A model generated the notes under the pieces. That model did not search any database. It saw only the letters and a list, made by a program, of their open reading frames with translations, and was not told the DNA's origin. From positions 7,759 to 71,758 of the forward strand of contig CAZNJI010000005.1 in the NCBI GenBank assembly GCA_964573395.1: 64,000 bases of DNA. The letters are read 5' to 3'. The translations under genes and the position numbers were made by a program. Source of the stretch: an uncultured Candidatus Saccharibacteria bacterium. GTDB lineage: Bacteria > Patescibacteriota > Minisyncoccia > Phycocordibacterales > UBA9973. This document shows, one piece after another, positions 47,477-57,873 of the stretch (the first letter of the stretch is position 1; each line of letters opens with the position of its first letter).

Positions 47477-47987
47477 GGTGTCCTCTTTGTTCTATTATTT
47501 TCCTGAGCCTGTGCAATGCTCGGTGAATTCTCACTGATACAACATTTGCTGTCTCATGCAGCAAGTCAGCTATTTCTTTTACTTCATATTCATCAACATA
47601 TCGCAATGTGAGCACCTCACGATACTGAGGAGGAAGATGCTGAAATATTTCAATAATCTCTTGCGCTTCCCGCTTCAGCAGTTCTTGTTCCCCATCGGTT
47701 CCTGGCTCTAATCCTTCTTTTTGCAAATCTTCGATTGAGACACTTTCTTTTCTATCCCGCCACTCATTTACAAACAAATTATGAGCGATAGTATAGAGAA
47801 ATTTTTTTGGGTATTCAATGTGTTCTCCTTTTTGGAGCGTTTTCCACAATCGCATAAAAACCTCTTGCGTCAGCTCCTTTGCCCGAGCCCGATCTGAGAT
47901 TTTAAAAGAAATATGGCGGAAAATTGCATCCGAATATGCTTCGAAGTACTCGTTGAAACGTTCATGCTGGACTTGCTGTTCATTCAT
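47463..47987 (-). CDS. ECF-type RNA polymerase sigma-70 factor
   Basis: Region 2 EVFMRLWKTL..YTIAHNLFVNEWR and region 4 VLTLRYVDEYEVKEIADLLHETANVVSVRIHRAL. Confidence 0.85.
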   Translation of the reverse strand: MNEQQVQHERFNEYFEAYSDAIFRHISFKISDRARAKELTQEVFMRLWKTLQKGEHIEYPKKFLYTIAHNLFVNEWRDRKESVSIEDLQKEGLEPGTDGEQELLKREAQEIIEIFQHLPPQYREVLTLRYVDEYEVKEIADLLHETANVVSVRIHRALHRLRKIIEQRGHHGKP

Positions 47988-48131
47988 ACTGACACGGGGG
48001 CGAATCGATTCTTACACCCTATAGCATACACCACTACTGTAAGATTATGCTTTTTGAGGTGTCAGTAGTTATGTACCTAGAAATAATAATTATTACCAGG
48101 AAAATATTATTCATTAAATGAGAAAAGTATT

Positions 48132-50051
48132 ATGAAAATGAAACTAGCATTACCGCTGTCTGGCATACTTGCATTTCTGCTGTTATTCATCGGAATACCG
48201 AACGCAGACGCCTATATGCACACAGCGACATTAAAAACCGGGTCAAGAGGCTCGCAAGTTGTCGAGCTGCAAAAGACCCTGAACGCCAACGGATACACCG
48301 TATCGTTCTCTGGGGCCGGCGCTCCGGGAATGGAAACTTCCTATTTCGGCATAAAAACAAAAACTGCCGTTATGTCATTCCAGTCAGCTCAAGGGCTTGT
48401 CTCGGATGGCATTGTGGGGCCGATAACTGGAACACGCTTAGCGGCACTGGGTACACCAGTGGGGCCTATCCCAAATCTTCCTCTGGGATGTAGCTCGATT
48501 ATCGGGTACAGCCCGCTCACCGGAGTGAAATGTGATAGCACAACCACTACTCCTCCAGTAACCCAGCCTGATCTTTCAGGCAATAACGGAGTGATTCACC
48601 AGTTCAGCGAACTTTCTCCGTACAGCAACGAGGAAGTAGCTGAAGGGCAAAAAGATATTCGCGTAGCTGGATTTGAAATTGAAGCTTCACGTGATGGAGA
48701 CATAGAAATTCAATCAGTGCGCCTGAGCTTCGACCCGGCGGGAAATACCGGCTCGAATCGCCTCGATCGGTATATCGACTCAGTATCTCTGTGGATGGAC
48801 GACACACGAATCGCAACTGCTCGGGTAGATGATTTCTCACGAGGCAGCGGCAACGTGTACTCTCGAACAATGTCTATCAATAAAGCTATTGTTCGATCCG
48901 GCCAGGAACAGAAATTTTATATTACCGTTGATGCAGTACGAAACCTTGACTCTGCAGATATTAGCGGAGACTCATGGACAGTTGATGTTGAGAGTGTTCG
49001 CTACAAAGACGGTCTCGGTGTAGTAACCACCGACAACAGAACGGGCGATATGAACAGCATGGATGTGCCGATTAACTTCGTCACCTTCAGTTCTGCGGCA
49101 GACACGAACCTTAAAATCAGCCTTGCTTCAGATAACCCCGAAGAAGGATTGGTCATTGTCAGAGACAATAGAACGACAGATGGTGTACTTCTATTGAAAG
49201 GTGCGCTCAAACTCGAAGGTACTTCAGATGTAACCATAGAAGAGCTACCGGTAACCTTTACGGTTTCTGGAACTGCTGCAAATGTTGACGCAGTGCTAAA
49301 CTCAGCAACTCTTATTATTGGCAACGAAGAATACACCGAACGGGTTTCTACCACCGGAACAACCGCAACCGTAATCTTCGATAGACTGGATTATGAAATG
49401 CGTGCCGGAAGAACGGTTGATTTCAGCATTGTTGCTGAAATGAACAGACTTCGACCAGGCATATTCGAAGAGGGAGATACTATCAAGGCTGAAATATCTT
49501 CAGCAAACAGAGACCTCATCGAAGTTGAAAATGAGCGCGGAGATGATCTTTCTAATGCAGATGAAAAATCAGGTACCGCTATCGGAAAAACGATGGAGTT
49601 GCGCAAAAGCGGTATCATGCTCTCTCTTGTGTCAACGAATACCTCATCAGTTTCTGGCGATTCTGCAAACGATGACATCGGAACGTTCAGAATTAAGTTC
49701 AAAGTAAAAGCGCTCGGTGAAGATGCATACATTTCTTCCCTGGGCACTACTGACGGACTTACCTATCTCGTCGATAAAGCAGGAGAAATCGTAGCCTCAG
49801 GAACAACGGCAATAATCACTAACAATACCAGTTCTTCTCTCACTCCAGCGGGTAACTACCGCATTAATGAAGGAGAAGAAGAAACGGTAGAAGTTATGAT
49901 TATGATCCAGCTTCCAGATGCAGGCACAGCCGGACTCTACCGAGGAAGTTTAACGGGGTTAAAATGGGATACTGACGACGATGCTACTCCCGACAATAAC
50001 TACACGTTCAATCTTGATCAATTCAGAACTCCTTATATGATATTAAACTAA
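48132..50051 (+). CDS. Secreted protein with an N-terminal peptidoglycan-binding (PG_binding_1-like) domain and a large beta-rich C-terminal region
   Basis: Signal peptide, then GSRGSQVVELQKTLNANGY..FGIKTKTAVMSFQSAQGLVSDGIVGPITGTRL. Confidence 0.55.
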   Translation: MKMKLALPLSGILAFLLLFIGIPNADAYMHTATLKTGSRGSQVVELQKTLNANGYTVSFSGAGAPGMETSYFGIKTKTAVMSFQSAQGLVSDGIVGPITGTRLAALGTPVGPIPNLPLGCSSIIGYSPLTGVKCDSTTTTPPVTQPDLSGNNGVIHQFSELSPYSNEEVAEGQKDIRVAGFEIEASRDGDIEIQSVRLSFDPAGNTGSNRLDRYIDSVSLWMDDTRIATARVDDFSRGSGNVYSRTMSINKAIVRSGQEQKFYITVDAVRNLDSADISGDSWTVDVESVRYKDGLGVVTTDNRTGDMNSMDVPINFVTFSSAADTNLKISLASDNPEEGLVIVRDNRTTDGVLLLKGALKLEGTSDVTIEELPVTFTVSGTAANVDAVLNSATLIIGNEEYTERVSTTGTTATVIFDRLDYEMRAGRTVDFSIVAEMNRLRPGIFEEGDTIKAEISSANRDLIEVENERGDDLSNADEKSGTAIGKTMELRKSGIMLSLVSTNTSSVSGDSANDDIGTFRIKFKVKALGEDAYISSLGTTDGLTYLVDKAGEIVASGTTAIITNNTSSSLTPAGNYRINEGEEETVEVMIMIQLPDAGTAGLYRGSLTGLKWDTDDDATPDNNYTFNLDQFRTPYMILN

Positions 50052-50108
50052 TAAGGAATGCAATAAAAAAACCACCCCCGAGGGGGTGGTTTTTTGCTTT
50101 CTTCGATG

Positions 50109-50516
50109 CTACTGCTTCTTCATCAGAACCGCAAATACGATGAAATAGATAATGTGTTCATCGACAAGCGGATTGGTTTCAGGCGGAAAAGCGGCAAAGT
50201 ACATTAACGCCATCAGTGCCATGCCGGCAATGCTTCCCCATTTCACAAACCGGTTCAACAGAAGCGTGATCCCAATAAACAGAAGCCCAAGCATAAAGAG
50301 CCAATCGATAACCGGCATCCCCGCAAGGCTTTGAAAGAATTCAACGAACGGCCCTTTGGTACCATTCATCAGAAATCCTGTTGTCGGCGATCCGCCATTC
50401 AGCCATGCCTTCTCAGGGCTGGTGGCAAACCCTAACCCAAACAGCTTATCGAGAAAGGCCCACAAGAATATGAACGCCATCGCGACTCGCAGATATATAA
50501 TTTTTTTCATATTCAT
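50109..50516 (-). CDS. DoxX-like small membrane protein
   Basis: 135 aa with 3-4 TM and a DoxX-like hydrophobic pattern. Confidence 0.45.
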   Translation of the reverse strand: MNMKKIIYLRVAMAFIFLWAFLDKLFGLGFATSPEKAWLNGGSPTTGFLMNGTKGPFVEFFQSLAGMPVIDWLFMLGLLFIGITLLLNRFVKWGSIAGMALMALMYFAAFPPETNPLVDEHIIYFIVFAVLMKKQ

Positions 50517-50558
50517 ATTGTATCAAATAGGAAGGCCTGGTGTGCTACAATTTTCCCC

Positions 50559-51428
50559 GTGGAATCGGCAGCGAAAAAGACTTGGGCCTCCATTTTTATT
50601 GCGATGCTCATTATCGGCATCGGATTCGGAGGATACAAATACCATCTGCTCAACCAAGAACTGAAAGAAACGAAACTCGAACTTGAAACGCGGCTCGAGC
50701 AGCTTGGCATTGCGCTGAACGCTACCGAAGAAGAGAAAGAGCAGCTTCGAACGGTACTGCAAGATGAGCAAGCAAGAAGCGAGGCGCTGGGAGAAGAGCT
50801 TGAAGAGACAACCGAAGAAAAAGAGAAGCTCGAAAAATTGACCGAACTTGACCCTGAACTATTAAAAAAATATTCGAAGGTATATTTTTTAAGCGAGCAT
50901 TACGTGCCCGAGCGGCTCGCAGAAATTCAGGCCGAATACGTACTGCCGGCCGGACGGAAGATTTCAATTCATGACGACGTTGCGCCGTTTCTTGCAGACT
51001 TGCTTGAAGAAGCAACCGAAGACGGGCTGAACCTCCGCGTCGTTTCAGGCTATCGCTCGTTCGAAGAGCAGAAAAACCTTAAATCATCGTACGTGGTTAC
51101 CTACGGCGTTGGCGCAAATCGGTTCTCTGCCGAGCAAGGTTACTCGGAACACCAGCTTGGCACGACGGTTGATTTTGGAACCGTAGCGCTTCCGTATGCA
51201 AACTCAAAATTCGAAACGACGCCGGAGTTTGCCTGGCTGGTAGAGAACGCCGACCGATTCGGCTTTACTCTTTCGTATCCGAAGAATAACGCCTACTATA
51301 AATATGAGCCGTGGCATTGGCGTTTTGTCGGCCGGGATCTCGCTGATGACTTGGCAGACGATGGAACATACCTCTACGATCTCGATCAGCGAGAAATTGA
51401 TTCTTACCTGCTCGAAATATTCGATTGA
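50559..51428 (+). CDS. Membrane-anchored D-alanyl-D-alanine carboxypeptidase (peptidase M15B/VanY-like)
   Basis: SGYRSFEEQ.., SEHQLGTTVDFG, EPWHWRF motifs, after an N-terminal TM and coiled coil. Confidence 0.8.
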   Translation: MESAAKKTWASIFIAMLIIGIGFGGYKYHLLNQELKETKLELETRLEQLGIALNATEEEKEQLRTVLQDEQARSEALGEELEETTEEKEKLEKLTELDPELLKKYSKVYFLSEHYVPERLAEIQAEYVLPAGRKISIHDDVAPFLADLLEEATEDGLNLRVVSGYRSFEEQKNLKSSYVVTYGVGANRFSAEQGYSEHQLGTTVDFGTVALPYANSKFETTPEFAWLVENADRFGFTLSYPKNNAYYKYEPWHWRFVGRDLADDLADDGTYLYDLDQREIDSYLLEIFD

Positions 51429-51926
51429 TTAGCGCACTTCCGAAGGAACGTCATCGCAGGAAACTCGCGGCAAGGTTTCGGTGAAAGAAACCGCATCCCT
51501 ATCAACATAGCGGTATATGCCTTCCGTTTCTGCCAAGTCTCCCCACCCAACCGATGCACCGTCGGCAGTAACGGAAACAATCCGCTCTTCCTGCACGCTC
51601 GTACCTTCAGCGTAGTAGCTGTGCACGACTTCAAGAACTATTTTTGAGCCGTCTTGGCGCCAGATTCCTTTGAATGGCCCAACCAGTTTGTCTTTTTCAG
51701 CTGGAAGCAGATGGTAGACTCCTAAAGCGCTTTGGTCGGCAGAGAGTACGGCTTGCAGGTACGCATAATCGTTTCCGGCGGGCGTTTCAATCGTTCGGAG
51801 GAAACAGAGATTCTGCGAGGCACCTTGGGACAAATCGCGTAAGCGGTTCTGTTCGCGCGTTTGGCGGGCAGAAACGGCAAAGCCGACAAGGAAAAGCACG
51901 AGCACAAAAAAGAGAAGTTTCTTCAT
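51429..51926 (-). CDS. Hypothetical secreted protein
   Basis: Signal peptide MKKLLFFVLVLFLVGFAVSA. Confidence 0.45.
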   Translation of the reverse strand: MKKLLFFVLVLFLVGFAVSARQTREQNRLRDLSQGASQNLCFLRTIETPAGNDYAYLQAVLSADQSALGVYHLLPAEKDKLVGPFKGIWRQDGSKIVLEVVHSYYAEGTSVQEERIVSVTADGASVGWGDLAETEGIYRYVDRDAVSFTETLPRVSCDDVPSEVR

Positions 51927-52039
51927 ATACCGCATTCTAGCAGAAAAATGGGAACTGCAATCTCATAAGAACAGTAGACAGGATTGAAAAGCTATATTTG
52001 AGTAATATAAAGCCTATGGGCATCGTCTATACTACACGT

Positions 52040-52996
52040 ATGAAAACAGGAATTGTCATTACCATTCTTTTGGCCCTTGGGGCGCTCATTCTTGCCACCT
52101 CTGTGCTCAAACCGGATTCGGCTAAAAACGTTACCGATTTTACGAGCTGTAGAGAAGCAGGATACCCCATCCTCGAGTCGTTCCCCGAGCAATGCACGAC
52201 GCCGGACGGCAGAACGTTTACAAATACCGACCAAGTCCAGCCAGTGCCTGGAGTAACCGGAAAAGAAGATTTAATCGTGGTGAACGTACCGGTTCCAAGC
52301 CAGCCGATTACCAGCGGATTCATTGCATCCGGGCAGGCGCGCGGCGGATGGTACTTTGAGGGAAGCTTCCCGCTGACCCTCGTTGACGCTGACGGAAAAA
52401 CCCTTGCACAAACCTACGCAACGGCGCAGGGCGAATGGATGACACAGGAATTCGTTCCGTTCATTTCCCAACCGATTACCTTTGCACAGCCGGCAACCGC
52501 TACTGGCACGCTCATTTTCCATAAAGACAACGCTTCAGGCTTGCCTGAGCATGACGACGAACTGCGAGTGCCGGTGCAATTTGGCGCGACAAACCAGCGC
52601 TCCGTTCAGCTGTATTTCTACGATGACTCGAAAGACCTCGACGCGCAAGGCAACGTACTCTGCAGCAGTAAGGGGCTCGTGGCAGTTTCGCGCAGCATTC
52701 CAAGTTCGGCTACTCCGATTCAAGACGCCGTGAAAGCGCTCCTCGGGCAAGGACCGACTGCGGCTGAAAGAACCCAGGGGCTCGAGAGTGAGTTTCCGCT
52801 TTCAGGGGTAACGCTCCAAAGCGCGAACCTCACCCCGGCAGGAACTCTGACGCTCGCCTTTGCGGATCCGCAGAATAGAACCAGCGGCGGCAGCTGCCGG
52901 GTGGGCATTCTGCGGGCGCAAATTGAAGCGACCGCCAAGCAGTTTCCCGAAGTAAAAACGGTGGTTTTGGCTCCGGCAGCCATTTTTCAGCCTTAA
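52040..52996 (+). CDS. Hypothetical secreted/anchored protein (GerMN/Gmad2-like)
   Basis: N-terminal TM. Weak resemblance to the GerMN domain in VKALLGQGPT..LESEFP. Confidence 0.4.
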   Translation: MKTGIVITILLALGALILATSVLKPDSAKNVTDFTSCREAGYPILESFPEQCTTPDGRTFTNTDQVQPVPGVTGKEDLIVVNVPVPSQPITSGFIASGQARGGWYFEGSFPLTLVDADGKTLAQTYATAQGEWMTQEFVPFISQPITFAQPATATGTLIFHKDNASGLPEHDDELRVPVQFGATNQRSVQLYFYDDSKDLDAQGNVLCSSKGLVAVSRSIPSSATPIQDAVKALLGQGPTAAERTQGLESEFPLSGVTLQSANLTPAGTLTLAFADPQNRTSGGSCRVGILRAQIEATAKQFPEVKTVVLAPAAIFQP

Positions 52997-53118
52997 CCGT
53001 TATCCACTGCTCTAGCCTGAAATCTGTGGTATAGTGCTAGCATGTGGGTTCCCCTCCTTATTTTGGGCGTGGTTCACACTTTAATAAAATAGTTAACTAT
53101 ATAGTTTGAAGTTTATAT

Positions 53119-53418
53119 ATGAATAAAAAATTATACGTTGGAGGAATTTCGTTCCAAGCGTCTGAATCCGATCTGAACGATCTTTTTGCAACGATTGCGC
53201 AGCCGGTTTCTGCTAAGATCATCAGCGATCGAGAAACAGGCCGGTCTCGCGGATTCGGATTCGTTGAGATGCCTTCTGAAGAAGATGCTCAAAAAGCAAT
53301 TGATCAGCTCAATGGAACCGAACAATGGGGGCGAACCATTTCAGTAAGCATTGCGCAGGAAAAGCGCGATAATGGCGGATTCGGCGGCGACCGAAAGCCT
53401 TTCCAAAAGCGTTTCTAG
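53119..53418 (+). CDS. RNA-binding protein (RRM domain)
   Basis: RNP2 KLYVGGISF, RNP1 RGFGFVEM, and a Gly/Arg tail. Confidence 0.85.
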   Translation: MNKKLYVGGISFQASESDLNDLFATIAQPVSAKIISDRETGRSRGFGFVEMPSEEDAQKAIDQLNGTEQWGRTISVSIAQEKRDNGGFGGDRKPFQKRF

Positions 53419-53437
53419 CAACTGTTTTCTTGGCCAG

Positions 53438-53468
53438 AAAAAAATCCCTGATTTCAGGGATTTTTTGT
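53438..53468. terminator. Bidirectional rho-independent terminator
   Basis: aaaaaatccctgatttcagggatttttt. Confidence 0.75.
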
Positions 53469-54548
53469 TTCCGAATCATGCCGTGATTCAATCAGCTTAT
53501 GCTCAAGCTCTTTTATTTCTTTGAGCTCCGCTTCCAGGATTTCGCTGGCGTGTTCGAGTTTTTCAATTTTCTCGGCTACTTCTTTTTTCGAATCATTCCG
53601 CCCGATCCGAAAGAGCGCGCGGTAGCGCTGGCGCAGCAGAACGTAGAGCGTTACTGCAATAATAAGCGCTCCTAAAATGATGGCGCCGATAATCAGCCCC
53701 GTTTCCCCTTCTCCAAACCAGCGCACGCCCAGCTTCGTCTGCTCCGGATCGATGTTAATCCACTTTTCAGTTACCGTATTCCGATCAACGGTGGCAACCT
53801 GCGAATATCCCTTTTCCAAAATGGATTGCAGAATCGTTTTGTCGGAAGTCATGCCGAACGAGAGTTGGTAATAAAATCCGGTAGAGCCCGCAATGCGCAC
53901 GGCCGAGAGCGCTTGTCGCGACAGAAAATAAGAAAGCGAGGCAACATCAAGGATTGCGGCATCAACGTCTCCCAAGGCAAGCTGCTGCAGCGCAATTTCG
54001 TCATCGGTAACCTGGCTGAGCACCACCCGAGGGTAGTTTTCACGAATAAAATAGGCCGCCCCCGAATTGCTCGTTACCGCCACTTGTTTTCCCGAGAGCT
54101 CCGAGAGTTCAACGTCCTTCTTTCCCGAATCGCGCCGAACGACAATGACTGCCGGAACTGAGATATAGGGCTGGGTAACAATGAGCTCTTCCTGTTCGGC
54201 GTTGGCACTATCGACGCGGGCAATAACGTCCCCGCGGCCTTCGAGAATATCGTTTCGTATCTGCGCCCGAGAGCGAGCAGGCAAATAAACAATCTTTGCT
54301 CCAATCTGTTCGGCAATCAATTCAAGGTAATCGATCGAGAGTCCGGCGGGCGGGCTGTTCGGGTTCGTTACGTAGACGAACGGCGGAGCGTTTTTCTCAG
54401 GATAGACGACAATCGTATTATTGCGAGAACGAAGCCAGAGCCGTTCTTCTTTCGAGAGAATGTCCACCTGAGCAAAGGCAGCCGACCATCCAGTAGCTAA
54501 AAAGAAAACGAGGGATAGCGCCCACACTCGAGTCTTTTGCTTTTTCAT
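53454..54548 (-). CDS. Periplasmic substrate-binding-domain protein (SBP family 3-like) with a C-terminal TM and coiled coil
   Basis: Signal peptide, an SBP_bac_3-like fold, TM IIGAIILGALIIAVTLYVLL, and a C-terminal EKLEHASEILEAELKEIKELEHKL. Confidence 0.5.
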   Translation of the reverse strand: MKKQKTRVWALSLVFFLATGWSAAFAQVDILSKEERLWLRSRNNTIVVYPEKNAPPFVYVTNPNSPPAGLSIDYLELIAEQIGAKIVYLPARSRAQIRNDILEGRGDVIARVDSANAEQEELIVTQPYISVPAVIVVRRDSGKKDVELSELSGKQVAVTSNSGAAYFIRENYPRVVLSQVTDDEIALQQLALGDVDAAILDVASLSYFLSRQALSAVRIAGSTGFYYQLSFGMTSDKTILQSILEKGYSQVATVDRNTVTEKWINIDPEQTKLGVRWFGEGETGLIIGAIILGALIIAVTLYVLLRQRYRALFRIGRNDSKKEVAEKIEKLEHASEILEAELKEIKELEHKLIESRHDSETKNP

Positions 54549-54590
54549 CGTACCAATCAGTATATCACGAAGAGAAGTATGTCCGTCAGA

Positions 54591-55697
54591 TTACTCTCGA
54601 AGATTCTTAATTGCTTCGTCGAGTGCGCGATCGTTTCGCAACAGATCGTGGCCTTGTACGTCGAGTTTTTCTTCTTCAAGTCCGAATTGCTTTTTCAATA
54701 CGCGCATTTTTCTGAATGAGTACCACGGAATGAAGTAAATGACGACGATGAGCCCGACAACCGGAATCAGAAGTGCCAACACGTTAATGAGGATTACCAA
54801 AAACCTGACAATCGGACTGTCGGAAACGAGCAGGCGCGCACCAAGCCCCGGGCGTTCGGTGTTGGTTGATTGGTCAACCAAGAATGGCGTTGCGCTGTAC
54901 ACGCCGGCAAGCAGATTGCGTTCGGTCGTATATTCGAAATTTCCTTCAGCATCGTTTTCGACATACGCGTTTGGCGGGCTGATTCGTTTCGTCTGAAGCA
55001 GTTGAATGAATCGTTCGCCGAGCGATTTCTGATCGGCCCCCTCGAATACTAGCTTTGTCATTGCGTTCGGTTCCCCTTTTCCGCGAACGTACATGGCTTG
55101 TCCAGTTCCGATCTCAGGAGAATATTCGGTAATAACCGGCAAAGCTGGCAATTTTCCCGGCACAACTGCAACCGGTAACGTGGGCTGCACTGGTATCGTA
55201 ATGGAATCTTTCTCTGGCGTTACTATGGCGACAATCGCATCTTGCCCCGCTGAAGCTAAGAGATTTGTCCCTTTGCCGTCGTTTGCAAGAATTGATCCGT
55301 CGACAAAGTGGATTGCAGCCTTACCGGTCGATTTTGCCTCAAAGGTAACCTTGAAAGCCGTGCCGGCCGACCCTTGGTACCCCGGATTGAGAATAACACC
55401 TTCAAACGGTATGCGGTTTGATAATCCTTCCGGTTCTTTGGTCCAGAAATTAATAATGCTATCACTTTGGCTCACCGCAACAAGATTGAGAAGATTCGTA
55501 GGAAAGAGGAGCGTGCCGGAAATCGCATTGATGGCCTGATCAACCGAGCGAACCTGTACCGTTACCGTAAACTGAGTGCCGGCCGATACCGAAGCAGGCG
55601 CACCGGTAATCGAAAAAGATGCGGTTTGGGCGAACGCAACACTGGGGATAGTAAGGAAGAAGAGCAGTATTAAAATTCTTACGACGCGTCTCATCAT
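54591..55697 (-). CDS. Signal-peptide protein with a cohesin-like domain and a C-terminal TM anchor
   Basis: QTASFSITGAPASVSAGTQFTVTVQV..AISGTLLFPTNLLNLV. Paralogous to the adjacent gene. Confidence 0.45.
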   Translation of the reverse strand: MMRRVVRILILLFFLTIPSVAFAQTASFSITGAPASVSAGTQFTVTVQVRSVDQAINAISGTLLFPTNLLNLVAVSQSDSIINFWTKEPEGLSNRIPFEGVILNPGYQGSAGTAFKVTFEAKSTGKAAIHFVDGSILANDGKGTNLLASAGQDAIVAIVTPEKDSITIPVQPTLPVAVVPGKLPALPVITEYSPEIGTGQAMYVRGKGEPNAMTKLVFEGADQKSLGERFIQLLQTKRISPPNAYVENDAEGNFEYTTERNLLAGVYSATPFLVDQSTNTERPGLGARLLVSDSPIVRFLVILINVLALLIPVVGLIVVIYFIPWYSFRKMRVLKKQFGLEEEKLDVQGHDLLRNDRALDEAIKNLRE

Positions 55698-55700
55698 ACG

Positions 55701-56567
55701 CTACCGTTTTATTATACGAATTAGTACCGAAAGAAGCACGAGGAATAATAGCAATGACACCACAATCGGCCATGAGTGGATAGCGCCAGGAATTTCCGCC
55801 GTACCAACGGCTGCATTGCCGGCGTAATCAACCGCTCGTACCGTTACTCTATAGCCAAACACCGATCGCGGCAATTGGTACGGGCTCTGCGCTTCTTGCC
55901 ACTCGTTATTGCCAATTTTAACTTGGTACGATGCAACGCCTGAATCTGCATCAGTGGTCATAAATGAAAGGAGCGGCGGCGTACCTCCTTTGCGATTTCC
56001 AGGAATATAGAGCGGCATAAAAAGCTCCGGCGGGTTCGTATCTACTTCATAGGCCGATGCCACTTCACCTCCTGAAACTGCTTGCAGCGTTATCCCCTTG
56101 CCGGTAGCAGTAAGCGCTGTTCCTTGGCCATCGTGCGCGTAGAGCACTGAATCTGCAATGGTAAGCGAAAGCGGGCCAGGGGTTTTGGCCGTAAAGAACA
56201 GTGTTACCAGTTTTAAGGATTTCCTCGTTCCTGCTTGCTGATCATACACTTTATCTATCCCCCCTGGAATCACTCCAGCAAAGCTGACGGTGTTGCCACT
56301 TACTTTCGGCGGTTCAACCCACATGCGAATCGCTGCCCCCGCTTCTTGATACCCCGAGAACGAAACCTGGTCGGGATGAAACGATACTGAAACCGACACC
56401 GAATTAACCGGCACGTCGCCCGCTTCCACTATCACGGCAACTGGTATGCGAGCACCAACACTCAAGACATTCGCTGGAGACTCAAGCGAAACGGTTGCAG
56501 CAACAAGCGAAGCTGCCTGCGAGCAGAGCACCATGATGCTGATAAAAAGTAATGTAGCGTATTTCAT
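55701..56567 (-). CDS. Signal-peptide protein with a cohesin-like domain and a C-terminal TM anchor (paralog)
   Basis: ATVSLESPANVLSVGARIPVAVIVEAG..SVSVSFHPDQVSF, and a C-terminal TM. Confidence 0.45.
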   Translation of the reverse strand: MKYATLLFISIMVLCSQAASLVAATVSLESPANVLSVGARIPVAVIVEAGDVPVNSVSVSVSFHPDQVSFSGYQEAGAAIRMWVEPPKVSGNTVSFAGVIPGGIDKVYDQQAGTRKSLKLVTLFFTAKTPGPLSLTIADSVLYAHDGQGTALTATGKGITLQAVSGGEVASAYEVDTNPPELFMPLYIPGNRKGGTPPLLSFMTTDADSGVASYQVKIGNNEWQEAQSPYQLPRSVFGYRVTVRAVDYAGNAAVGTAEIPGAIHSWPIVVSLLLFLVLLSVLIRIIKR

Positions 56568-56569
56568 AT

Positions 56570-57841
56570 TTATCCAGTCCAATAAAACGCAAGGATGCTA
56601 AAGTCTACTAAGTTCACAATACCATCTTTATTCACATCAACGGATTCTGGCGGATTCGGCTTTAAGTACCAGTATGCCGCGATCGAAAAATCTTTGATAT
56701 CGACTCTTTTGTCTCCGTTGTAATCACCCGAAATTTGGCCTGGGATTCTTCGCTCTACCGTTCGGTTTCCCATAATGAGTTCCATCAAAATGCTCTGGCG
56801 AGGATCATCCTGATAGCGTACCTGTATGCCGTATTTCCCGTTAGGATAGCTAACTGTCTCAAGCACGTACTGGTACTTTCCGTCGGCGGAAGACTGTACA
56901 CCAACACTCTGCACTGCTGGCCCGCCTATTCCCAATACCAATTCTCGGTTTGGAATTGCTGATCCGTTGATGATAACTTCTCCCGGCTTCCGAATTTCGA
57001 TTTTGTCGGTAAAGATACTCGGCGGGAAAATAATTCCGGTAATGCGGGTAACGTGCCCATTATGAATAACCAACGGGTAGTTAATCAGAAGCGATCGGAT
57101 ACCGTCGGTGTCTTCGGCAAAGAGCGTGTAAATTGCCGTCTGATCGTAGCTTTCAGGAATAGCGATTGAAAAAGCGGCAGCGGCATCAGCAAGTGTTTCT
57201 CCGTACGGAACGGAATTTTTTAACACTACCACTTTTGCATTCGGATACGCATACCCCGAAAACTGCACGCCGGAAACGATGGCCGCGCCACCCCCGCCCC
57301 CGCCGCTTGCAGGAGGTGTTGCGCCGGAAGGAGTGAGCGATATTTCATTTGAAGTTGCAATGGCATTACCGAATGCATCAAGCGTTCGAACAACGAAATA
57401 ATAAGCTGTATTGTTCGTCAAAGCGTTTTGCAACGAGCTCGTTACGTTTCCGACGTTCGTAAAACTGTACGATCCGCTGGTGGTACCAACCCCAACTTCG
57501 TATCCACTGACCGAAAAACCAAGTCCGGAAGTTGCCGCATTCCATGAAAGATTCACGAGCCCGTCACCAGCAACTCCTGCAAGCGTTACGTCGGTGACGA
57601 AAGGGAAATACAAGAAGCCGAACCGTCCCGTAAATGAGGCCGAATCGTTAGTACCGGTAAAGAGCAGCTCTCCGCTTGAAAAAAGCTGGAATGCGCTTGA
57701 TGCCGAATAGCCCGAACTGTTTCCAATGACCGGATCGCGGACGATAAAGCTAGAGCTCGTAAAGTCTGCGGCCTGCATCTTCCCTATTCCCATAAAACAA
57801 CAGAAGACGCACATGACCAAGAAATACAGGTGCGTCTTCAT
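56570..57841 (-). CDS. Secreted protein with FN3-like region and a C-terminal dockerin-type repeat pair
   Basis: C-terminal DYNGDKRVDIKDFSIAAYWY....VDVNKDGIVNLVDFSILAFYWTG is two Ca-binding dockerin-like segments. Confidence 0.5.
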   Translation of the reverse strand: MKTHLYFLVMCVFCCFMGIGKMQAADFTSSSFIVRDPVIGNSSGYSASSAFQLFSSGELLFTGTNDSASFTGRFGFLYFPFVTDVTLAGVAGDGLVNLSWNAATSGLGFSVSGYEVGVGTTSGSYSFTNVGNVTSSLQNALTNNTAYYFVVRTLDAFGNAIATSNEISLTPSGATPPASGGGGGGAAIVSGVQFSGYAYPNAKVVVLKNSVPYGETLADAAAAFSIAIPESYDQTAIYTLFAEDTDGIRSLLINYPLVIHNGHVTRITGIIFPPSIFTDKIEIRKPGEVIINGSAIPNRELVLGIGGPAVQSVGVQSSADGKYQYVLETVSYPNGKYGIQVRYQDDPRQSILMELIMGNRTVERRIPGQISGDYNGDKRVDIKDFSIAAYWYLKPNPPESVDVNKDGIVNLVDFSILAFYWTG

Positions 57842-57873
57842 ACGTTGCTTTGGGGATACCAAAAGCCTACATG

